In this document: in pieces, positions 37,801 to 48,700 of the stretch
Layout of the letters: every line of letters starts with the position of its first letter
How positions within the stretch are numbered: the first letter of the stretch is position 1
NCBI GenBank assembly: GCA_905178155.1
Contig: CAJINV010000001.1
Coordinates: 10,383,432-10,447,431 of the forward strand
Source of the DNA: Amoebophrya sp. A120
Taxonomy: Eukaryota; Protista; Dinoflagellata
Reading direction: 5' to 3'
Length of the DNA: 64,000 nucleotides
Position numbers and translations under genes: made by a program
Notes under the pieces: model-generated
The model's input: the letters and a program-made list of their open reading frames with translations, nothing else
The model's database searches: none
What the model was told of the DNA's origin: nothing

Positions 37801-40800
37801 TCTTTTTTCTCTACTATCCGATGACACTGAGTGGTGAACAAGAATATGAAAGCAACTAGCTACATGTGTTCACACAAAATTTTTGCAGATGTTCCGGGTC
37901 TGAACGTTCATCCAGAGAACCAGCGCCTCCATCTTCAGCTACAGTGGGGCCAGGACGGCGGAGCGAGGACCACTGCCCCGCAGAGCGAGCGCTCGACACT
38001 GCCCTCACTTGTTGACGAGTTCGCGGATGGTGCCGCGACGGCTGCCGGGAACGGCGCGGGAAGCAGCACCACTAAGCCGTTCAACGGCGCACCGGGCTTG
38101 GCCACGCCAAAAGGAAAGTCCGAAGAGAAGTTGAAGGCCGACGCGCAGCCGTTTGTGCCGCAAAATCTGAAGATGCAAACAGGCTTGAACCCGGGCGCCG
38201 CGGCGTTTGTCCCCTGCAGTCCGACAAATTTACGAGACAAAAAGATCGCAGGAGGAGTCGGTCCTATTGCAAGTGCTTCCACGTCTGCTTCCTCATCGGC
38301 AGACATCTCTGATGTCACTGGTACAACTGGAGGGGCACAACACAGCAGTTCGTGCACTACCAGCGACGTTGGAACTACAGGCAGTACTGTATCCTGAGTA
38401 AAAAGGTACCCACACCATAGTCAAGATGGGAAATCGGCTAGACAAATCCACAAGTTTTGGCTGTTTTGCATGACAAATTTGGATTCGTAGTGTAGTGCTG
38501 TTTGAGCTAGCTCAGCAGCATCACAGATCTAGCATACCATGCTGATTGGAGCATGACAAATTGCAAAACACGACTAGAAAATGCTTCTCATGGGGCTCCG
38601 CATGAGAAACATTTTCAGCATGCAGATTTGCATTACAACTCTGGTGTGGGTACGTTTTTACTCAGGATATACTGCCGATGCTGCGGCGAGTTGGACCAGC
38701 GATACGACAGGCTCTCCCGTTATCAAATGTACTTAAAAATGTCTGGTTCTGGAAGAATGCATGTTTGTCATGCTTGTCTGGCATAACTCTGAAATCTGTC
38801 ATGCACGCCACCCAAGAGCTCCACTTTTCTGTGATGCAGAAACGCAGTCTGTCATGCAGAATAGGCAACACCTAGAAGCTCAGAAACTTGTCATGCTGAG
38901 CCAGCATTTGTGGCCTCATCATGGGACGCCAGCCAGCATCACAAGTTTCCAGACCCAGACATTTTTACATTTGATACCCGTTTTCGAAAACAGTGCTGCT
39001 CTATCCGGCGCGAGCGGAGGTTCGCCGGCGGTAGAAAGAGGTGCAGCAGTTGCAGCTAGTACCAAAAATGCCGACACCAGCGCGCCTTCCGGGGCGAACA
39101 AGGCCATAATTGCCGCTGTTGGTGCGGGAGGACCAAATCAAAAAACCGTCGCCCCACCCCCCGGGCTGCATTTGGACCATCACCAGGCGGCGCCCTCGAT
39201 TACTAGCGAAGCAACGCACGCAGCTGGTGCAACAAGGACGACCTCTGTGCACACAAACTCCTCTACGTCAGGTGGGACTGCACATAACATGCCTAGTATA
39301 TCGGCCAATACCGAGTCCGCAGGACAGCAGCATCATCATGCTTCGCATAATGCGTCCGGCGCTGCTGCCGCGGCCGCCGCGAACGGGGCCGCAAGCGGTG
39401 GAGCTGCCTTGGCTGCCCAACATCAGGGGTATCACCACCACCAGCAAGGTCTCGCACATCACCAGCTTAACCAACAGAATGCTCAACACCTCAGTGCACA
39501 AGCACAGCAGCAGTTGCACTTGCAGCATCAGTTCGGCGCTGCAGCGGCTCACCAGGCCATGCTTATTGAGCGCGCGGCGGCCGCCAACGCTGCCGCCGGC
39601 GGTCCGGCAGCGATGGTGCAGCAGCACGTCGCGCAGGCGCACCACCACCACGCTCGCATGGCCGCACTGATGGCGGCTGCCCAGGTGCAGCAGCAGCAGC
39701 AGCAGCAGCAGCACGGTGGGTACCGTCAGCATAATCCGCACCACGCCGCAGCCGCACACCACCAGCATGGCGGCCATCACGCGCACCACCATCACCTTCC
39801 CGCCGCAGCGGCGAATCAGCTGTCTCTTTGGCACCAGTTGCAACAGCAGGCCATGGCGGGCAACGCGGGGAACGTAGCAGCCGCTTTGCATTTGAATGCA
39901 CACCAGGCGCAGCAGCAGAGTAAAACGGTCACCACGCAGCAGCAGCACCTGGAGGTGTTACAGAAAATGTTGATCGAAAAAGACGCCGTGGTTCAAGAGC
40001 TGTTGCAGAAGAACCGCGCACTGGAGGCCGAATTGGCAGAGATTCGCCTGCAAGGGGGGCCACCAGCGGCTGCAGCTCCGGGTGGAAATGGAGCGAGTAC
40101 AACAACTTCTGCAAGTGCAACCACGACCTCCGCGCGAGGCCCGCGACTCTCGGTGACAGATTTGGTCTTACCGCCCTCCAGTAATGGAAACGCTCCCCCG
40201 CTGTCTCCCGCGACCACACTGATCAATGGCGGAGCGAACAAGGTGGGTGGTGGCGCTGTTGCGTGTGCGGCTGTGGGCGAGGGAGCTGGTGCAAATGGCA
40301 CGACTACAACAGGAGGTGTAACTGCCACAACTTTTTCATCTAGTGCTCGCCGGCCTGCGCTAGCGGGTTTCCTGTAGTAGTGTAAAGAATTGCCAACAGT
40401 TTGAAATCTGTGCGAAGATTTGGTGTGCAGTCAACATCTGTATCGATACCGGTATCGATCTATAAGGAGTTACAGTTGCAGCTAGCAGAGTACTTGTTCT
40501 AGCGTATACAAGACTAGACTTTGGTGCTCACAAGAGCTGCACGGGCCGCTCGCCCAGAAAACAATAGTCCTCGTCGCGCGGTGGGTCCTACTAGCTGCAA
40601 TGAATCTACTGGTGTAGTTGTCGTGTCGTGTAGGAATGCGACTGCACGAGTAGTCAAGACAACAGTACTTTGCACTTTCCGTGGGAACAACAAGTCCGAA
40701 GATTCTGATTCCTATCATGTTCAGGAACAGTCCCCGCAGGACCAGCTGGCGGACAGCAGCAGCAGCAGCACGAGTTTCAACCGCCACCGCCTCCCCGGGT

Positions 40801-41283
40801 CCCCGCAGACAACATCAAGCGAGCGCCGCTTCCGCCTCCAGTGCCAGCTCTCTACTCGCTTTTTGACTCGGTGGATCCAGGAACGGGATCTGGCAGCGCC
40901 GCAGGGTCGTCGGCACCTACTCCGGGCCTCTTCCGGCAGGCAACCAACAGCTCCCCGTTAATGCAGCCGGTATAGTACAGTTCCAGTTGTAATAAGGAAG
41001 AGCTTCATTCGATTGCCTGCATGATTTGCTTTTATTCACGTGTAGCATTTGTTTGCGTCAAAAACAAAAAGTAAAATTCCCTGAAACTTGACTTTTGTTC
41101 ACGCACGTGCACGCATGGGATTGTCCTTGTTGAGAGAAAGATGAAGACCATCAAGCATCCAATTCCAAAACAACTAAAACACAGAACAACGCGGGTGGCG
41201 CTGCAGCACTTCATGGGCAGCATGCTCGACCGCAAGTCGCGGCTCCGATGCCTCCGGCGGCTGCTTACCAAATGTACTACTGA
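34821..41283 (+). CDS. Cid1/GLD2-type terminal nucleotidyltransferase (TUTase/non-canonical PAP) paralog 1, with RRM-like domain, PAM2-like motifs and a Q/H-rich tail
   Basis: AFGSCLNGFG..SDVD, VPVLKL..GLEVDLCVNN, LNSYAYILMVLYFLQ..ILPNLQ and IQDPFDLYHNLA. Exons joined by GT-AG introns plus two MITE-introns at 38389-38673 and 38719-38979. The extent beyond 38397 depends on that model. Confidence 0.85.
38390..38669. mobile_element. MITE-like introner, subfamily 2 (280 bp), 5 bp TSD TACTG
   Basis: TATCCTGAGTAAAAAGGTACCCACACCATAGT versus ACTCTGGTGTGGGTACGTTTTTACTCAGGATA, a 30/32 inverted match. TACTG at 38385-38389 and 38670-38674. Confidence 0.93.
38721..38976 (+). mobile_element. MITE-like introner, subfamily 1 copy 2 (256 bp), 5 bp TSD CCCGT
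   Basis: TATCAAATGT(ACTT)AAAAATGTCTGGTTCTGGAA ... TTCCAGACCCAGACATTTTTACATTTGATA. CCCGT at 38716-38720 and 38977-38981. Confidence 0.93.
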
Positions 41284-43798
41284 ACCGCTCGAGAACTACT
41301 TTCATACTTCAGAACCTATCGATATTCAGTTGACAATTAAAGGGACAGCGTTGCTGGAAATTCATTGTCGCGAAGCGAGCGGTTATCAACATACATCTCT
41401 TGACGACAACAGCCGCGTTTTTGTTTCTGAGACAGGGTGACGTTTCTATGGGTTGGCTTTCACTTCCAGTTCCAGCGAAGATAAAAACAGTATATACGAT
41501 TCGAACACAGTTTCTCGGGCCAAGTTTGTTTTATTTAGTATGTAGGATATTGCACTTCCACATTTTTGTGTTTTGAACTCTAGAGTAAAGCCGAGCGACT
41601 AGAGACGAGCGGACGCGAACTAGTTCGTTGCCAGCTCCTCCTAGATGGAAAGTATAGCTGTACCAAATAGCTTTGAGTCGAACAAGTCAAAAACTATGTA
41701 CTCGCAAGAATACTTCAAGTTGTGAAATGAATATCCAAAGTTCTACAGTTCCGTCGTATATATTTTGTTTCTACTCTCGCTCGGCTCCGGCTCTGCGCCG
41801 TCTCTTGCCCCGAAATACAAATATCCTAGCTGGCTGTTGAAAAAAAGTCAGTTGAGACCCACAACAACATCTGTTGTGTCTCATCTGATTGCGCACAACA
41901 CCAGCGAGAGCAGCACGGTCGCTAAGTACAACCCATGATGAAATTTACAGAAGTACATACAAGTAGGCGAACAATTTAGAAGCAGTGCGGATAGGTAGGA
42001 GTCTGGCACTAGTCCTGCTCAGCGGGTAAAATTGAGCAATTTAGTAAAGAGAAAGGAAAATAACCAAAACGCTGCGCACCGAAACCCTGAGTTTGCTCTT
42101 CATCTCGATAGCGCCGGGCTCTGTGTCGCACTGGAGCGAGAGGGACAACAACTCGGCGAAAGATGCCAGGCTTCATTTTCCTGAGGATGATTGATGTGAT
42201 TCGTTCCGACAAACCACCGACCACTCCAAAATAATATTCTATCGTTTCTAACTGAATATCTTGCAGTCGTCTGCGACTATTTTTAGTACAACAAGTAGTG
42301 CCAGCGCAAACACCTAAATCGAGCGAAAAACGATTACATTTTTGCAAGACTAGCTTCGATTTTCAGGCAGAGCCTCGACACCACCACAGCAATCGGCAAC
42401 TACAAGAAAAGATAAAGCAAATTCAAGGAGGAATGCGAATGCTTTACTAGATGACACCTTAGGTCTTTATGTTCAAGAATATTACCGAATCTCGTCCTAT
42501 TTCGCTGTTAATATTTCTGAAAAGTGAATGAATTTAATACATTCTTCTACCACCACAACTCAGCCAGTCGCTCTTCATAATTAATACGTAGCTAAAAACT
42601 ACAGATTTACTGCTTAAACAATCAGGTTCTCGTTGATGCAGTTTTTCTGTAATGAGTTGAAAATATTTTTCTCTACTAGTTTCTGTTTCATTCTATCTAT
42701 TGCCATTTGAACAAAATTATACTCCTTATGAAGAATTGTGCGGACGAAGATGTAGAAGTTCAGTTGAGTTGAACAAGACAAAGATGTCATCGCAAAGAAG
42801 TGCTGTCGGCACCTCTGAAACGATCAAAATAACCAATCCCACAGAAGTACCATCTTCAGCGGAGAGCAATGATTTTATGCGAATAAAACTTCATCTCAAA
42901 GGAACACGCGTGGCCTTCCTGCGGCGTGGCCGCGCATGTGCCAAAGATAGAACACTAAGACTTCGCATAATAGTTGCTCGCTGAAGCTGCTGCGACCGAA
43001 AAAATATGGGTTTCTGCAGTTGTACAGTATTTATAGAGGGCCTGACTTCGGATATTTTTCAAAATATTCACTTTTTCCCGATTCAAAAAGTTAATTTTGA
43101 GGTTTTAGTTCTTGACCCAAAACCTTCTGCGGTAGTTGACGTAGTTGTAACCAATAAAGTACTCTGATTGCTGCAATTGGAGGCGGGAGCAGCTTCAGAG
43201 ACAGAAGTAGGGACGACGTACGGAAATGCAGGGAATAAATCCCGACCAATCCGGGGCTGCTCAGCAAGTGAGGAGCGACTTTTTCTTTACAAGAACAGCT
43301 GCAGAGCACATGACAGACAACCTACATTGGGACGATACATCGAGCAAAAGGCGCTCCCGTATTAAGTAGAGCACGAATAAAGTACAACTGCTGAGATTAC
43401 CGTAGTTTGGGACGACGAAGATGCTGGGTCTTCACCTATTGCTAGACAACTACTCTTACCGCATTTCAGTCTTTGTACTTCACACTTACAGCTAATCAAT
43501 TTGTCTGGTTGATGTCACTACTTCTCTTCCTTGTAAAGGTATGGCTGCAAGTAGGACTGCATGATGAGACGTAACCACCGCGCTTATGGGTACTTAACTG
43601 TTTCGGTAAAAATGTTGTTTGCAACTACTCATTGTCTGTTCATAGTCCACATAGAATATACAGAAAATTCGCTTGATGAAAATTCTAACACCAGAACTTG
43701 TATCACAGCATTTTCTTGCTGTGATATGGTACTACTTCAACATCTAGACACACGTCCTAAAAATGCCCCTATTTATACAATTGTTGAATTCATTGTTT

Positions 43799-44075
43799 TA
43801 TCAAATGCAAAAATGTCTGGGTCTGGAAGGATGCAAGATTTGCCATGCACATTTTGCATGACTCCTGATGTCTGCGACGCATGCCCTAGCATCACAGATC
43901 TTGTGAGGGCTTTCTGATGCCTATAACGCATGAGAAATGCCCTCTCGCCGTGGCCATCAAAGCCAGACCTCTTTTGCTGTTCATGCAATACAGATTTTTG
44001 GAATTGGATAATGCAGACGCAGTCGCAGCATCACAAGTTGCATTCTTCCAGACCCAGACATTTTTACATTTGATA
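43799..44075 (+). mobile_element. MITE subfamily 1 copy 3 (277 bp), intergenic, 5 bp TSD TGTTT
   Basis: TATCAAATGCAAAAATGTCTGGGTCTGGAAG ... CTTCCAGACCCAGACATTTTTACATTTGATA. TGTTT at 43794-43798 and 44076-44080. Confidence 0.93.
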
Positions 44076-45775
44076 TGTTTGATTGAAAAGATGACCTTGT
44101 CTAATACAGCTTCGACGATTATTTCACTACAGATGCTCGCATGTGCACATCTTCTGTCCACCGATGTTGAAAGGAAGCGGAGGAGCTTTGCTTTGCTTGT
44201 AACAAAAAATTATGTTTATCGAATGGATCAAGTATTTAATACATGGGAAAGAAAATCCCGACCGCGAGAATTTCTTTTGCAGCAGAATGGTTTTTCTTGA
44301 GCCATCACCTGCATAGTGTTCCCTCTTTCCGAGTCCAAGAATTTCGTTTTCTCGTGTGAAGGATTTGCTTTCACACATCATAAAGGCATGTAATAGCACT
44401 AGCTCACGACGCAGCAGAAGAGTTCCGAGTATGTATGCGTAGGCGTACGAGCAGCTGCAGCTGGATCTTTAATGATAAGCGGACATGAACATGGACATGA
44501 ATATTCATAGATAGGCACTCTTACTACGGCAATCAGAGGCATGACTCCGCAGCTGGCGTAGATCCTTATCCTTTTCCCATTTTGTACGGAGGACCCATTC
44601 TTGACTCAGACACATAGAAGCGTGCGTTTATTTTTGTGAAAGAATGTGAAGACTTCTAAACTTTTCTTTTCTCAGAGGCATCGTTAAAGATAACGCGTTT
44701 TCTAGGTCACACCGGACACAAAACGCCTTCGAGTGACCGTGCTAAGTGACCGCTACATTGATAATCTGAAACTGAATGCAACTCGCAAGCTCGTCCGCAT
44801 GAAAATTTTAGCGCCAGAAATTTGATATGTTTGTTAATAGCCCGACCCAGTGCAGAAGTCGTAGACAGTGTACTTAGACTCAGTATATCAACCGATTCCC
44901 TACAAATTTTTTTAGTCAAGAAAGATAGAAAGCGCATATCATATCCCTACCTGTAAGTAACTGTAGTATCTTCATCACGTTTTTAGTTCCATTTTTCCTC
45001 CCGCAGATATGTGATGTTATGTGTATGTCAGTGGTCTAACATTTTTTCCTACGTTACTCACCGCATTGTTAGATAGTTTCGCCAGAATCTCCTCGATGAC
45101 ATTAGACCCCTTTTGTTCCGCAACAATCAAAAATTTTTCATAGGACCAGAAGATTTTCTGTCTATCGGTATCGAAGAGAACCTGAAACTGAAACATCAGA
45201 GTGGAAGAAAAAGTATTTTTGACAAAAGCCAGAAAAAAGAAGATCTCGTTCAAGGAGTGCTCAACACAACTTCTACCTCACCCAACTGGAGGAGAAAAAA
45301 CCAATTCCTTGTGACGAGGAACACGGAAACTACTTGCCGCGCAACAACCATGCGGCCGATTGTCATTGATAGTGTGGACACCGACAAGAGCTTTGTTTCA
45401 ACATCCTGCTCGCAAGAACTGGCACTGCTTCGACTGAGGTGAAACTAGGTCTCCTCACCCAACAAGGGGAACGACCTACGGGGGCAGAAGGCGCGCAATA
45501 CGACGAATAAAGCAAGTGTGAAGGACGAAAGAACGTGAACAACACATCACGCGAACAGGAAAGAGAAAGAAGAAGATTCAGTATCAAGAACAAAGTACTT
45601 CTAAGCAACTTCGGAGGTTGGACGACAAGCACATCGAGATCGACGAACGACAACATACATCAAAACCAACCCAGAAGTTGGAAGTGAAAGCACTTCTATC
45701 TTGCTTTAGACAAGCAAGAATTTCTACTTCGGCGTGGCACGACCATCACTGCAACTGCGAAGTGGAAGTTTTATT

Positions 45776-48700
45776 ATGGCGAACCACAATCAGATGGTGG
45801 TCGCAGCCAACACCGCGGTTTTACCCGTCGCGGGGGAACCAAATCCGAACTCCGACTACGCTAGCTTCTTGGAACAGATTGACCGGTCCCTCGCACAGCA
45901 CATCGGGAAAGAGGGCGTCGACGGTGATCAAATGAAGGCACAGGAAGAAAAAGCGGAAAAAGTGCTGCACCGCCTGCACGCACTGATAGACGCGGCCAGA
46001 AACAAATCAGGTACCTATTGATATTGTGGAGAACGATTTATTTTGGAAAACCATTTATGGTTCCGTGGGCAGTTGTTGCCTTTTCTCCAGCCATTTTTGT
46101 GATATTGGCCGTGGAGCGATTCGTTCACGACGGTCTTCGACCTCGGCAACGAGGGCGTAGATGATCCCGGCGTAGAAGCTGCATGATGCAAATTTTCAAA
46201 ACAACGCAGGTCTCGCAAGAGGTGCGATGCACGTTTTCGGCTCTTTTTCAAATGGCTTTAAGTCTGGCGGAAGCGACCTGGACATTGTCTACCTGTCGGA
46301 GGAGATTACACTCAAGGGTACGGTAAACGCGTTGTCCAGTGTTTTGAACCTGGCCCACAACTACCAGTTCACCAACCTGACCAAAATTTTTCAGGCCAAC
46401 GTACTAAAAATTTGTCTTTCTTTGTACTAGTTTCTTTTCCTTTTATTTTTTGGTGCGCAGATGTGCTGGCGCGTCTTTGAACTGCATTAGTACTACCTGT
46501 TATTTCTGTAGCATGCCGTGGTCATGTGGTGTAGCTCCTCACGGAAAAATCCGAATTTTCTTTTGATTTGTTCTTCAGTTTTGGTCCCACATATGATGAT
46601 CCGAGCTTCGTCAACAAAAAATTGTTTACACTTGATCGGACTCGGACAACATACAGGTCCCAATTTTGAAGTTCACCGACGAGGAAACGGGCGTCGAGGT
46701 GGACTTTTGCATCAACAACCGGCTGGGCGCACGGAATTCCCTGTTGCTCCAGACCTATTGTTCGCTCGACAAGCGGGTCCAGGATGTAGGGCGGCTGGTG
46801 AAGGCCTGGGTGAAGCACAAGGACCTGGTTGGCACCGCGGACGGTTTTCTGAACAGCTACGCTTACATTTTGTTAGTCATCTACTTTCTCCAAGTGGGCT
46901 TGGAAGAACCCGTGTTACCCAACCTCCAGGCAATGGCGGAGGAATCGCGGCGCCAAGACTTGGAGGAACTGAACAGCACCCCGTCCAACGCGGCCATGGC
47001 CTCCGGGGCCGCCCGCGGTGCCGGGGCCGGGGACCAGCCCCCGAGCGGTGGCTACATCGAAAAGATCGAGAAGCACATTGTCCGCGACAACAAGTGGGGA
47101 CGGGACGACGATTGGGACACGAGTTTTTACGACCGGGAAATCACACCGGAGATCTGCTCGAAACTTACCCACGGCAAGTTCGAACTCGGAAAAAACAAAA
47201 TGACCACAGCTGAATTACTCTTCACCTTTTTCCATTTCTACACCAGGTATTAGGAGTCGCGGGTTTCGTTTACTGCTCTTCGATTTTTGCGCATCTACTC
47301 ATGCTTAAGATAACTCCGAGGCCACTGAATTTTTCGTTTTCCATCCCAATACAAGACTCTTCTTTTGCGCTGGTGCTAATGAAGTCGTGGTGTACATATA
47401 ATGCTTAAAACTGAACAAAAACAAATCTTAAACAGGATTTTCGACTGGCAGAACGAGGCCGTGAGCATTCGCATGGCGGACCCGATGACCAAGAACGGTT
47501 TTGAGGGCGAGTCCCAGTTAAAGTGGAACCGGCGAAAAAATGACAAATGGGAAGTGATCAACGACAGCGCCCGGATTACGATGAACTCCGTTCCGGGCCG
47601 CGACAGTCAATCGCTGAAAGACTTGTGGTACATCGAAGACCCCTACGACCTGCGCCACAATCTCGCGGGAAAAATGACGGTCACCGGCAAAGAACGTACT
47701 GTTTTTCAAGAGGTTCACTTGTTGGGCTGGTTGTTTCAATCGAGCAAGCAAAAATTTGGATTTTCTTTGGGCTCGAATACGAATTTTGTCATTGTTTCGA
47801 TTGCGTGTGGGACAACGAATATTTAGATGTTGTTGTATTGCTGGTAATTGTACACACGTAACGCCAGGTATGATCTGCGAAATGGAGCAGACGATGCGGC
47901 AACTTTCCCAAGCGGGGAGCTGGGATCAGGTTGTTCCGCCCGATGGCACCCTGCCGATGCTGTACTTGCTGAAGTGTCGCATTTCCTCCTCAATTTCCCC
48001 GAGTCTGTTTATCCGCGAACTCGCTTCTACCGGAGTCGCACGGGTGCACATGCCAACAGGGACGAACAACAGGAACGCAAACAAAGGCGGGAGATACAAC
48101 AGCATCGCCTTTCTCGAGTTTGACTGCCCCAAAACGCGCCGCCGCGCGCACACCCGGAACGAGAGCTACCTCGCTGATTGCCAATTGCAAATTCACTACA
48201 GCTCGCGATGGGCATTGGAAGATGCCGTGGCGCAAACTCCGTACTCCGATGATCCTACACAATTTTCATTTGATTATTGATTCAACAACAAATACAAATC
48301 TTAAGTTGCTGGCTCCCGCGTATTTCTACCTTCACACGAATTTGAGTGCGCACATGTCGACTACTTCTGCGACACAATCATGATGAAACTGGCCTCAGAA
48401 AAGTATCCAGTCCAGGAGTTGTCCTCGAAACAGAGGACGACGCTGAGGACTGTGAGACCCAAATTTATGCGTGTCAGCTGATCTGTGTCACAGGAAAGCA
48501 AGAGAAACACCGATGTCTGAAGAAGGGAAGTGGATCAAAAAAATGCAATTTCAATTTCGAAGCATTTACGTTTTGTGCCATTTTACATGCCCATCTAGGA
48601 GCTGTTCCATATTCATTGAATGGAGAAAAAGTTATGCTTTTTATCAGGTACCACCACTATGACGTGAAGGCGTACCTGGAGAGTGACGGCAAGGAAGGTC

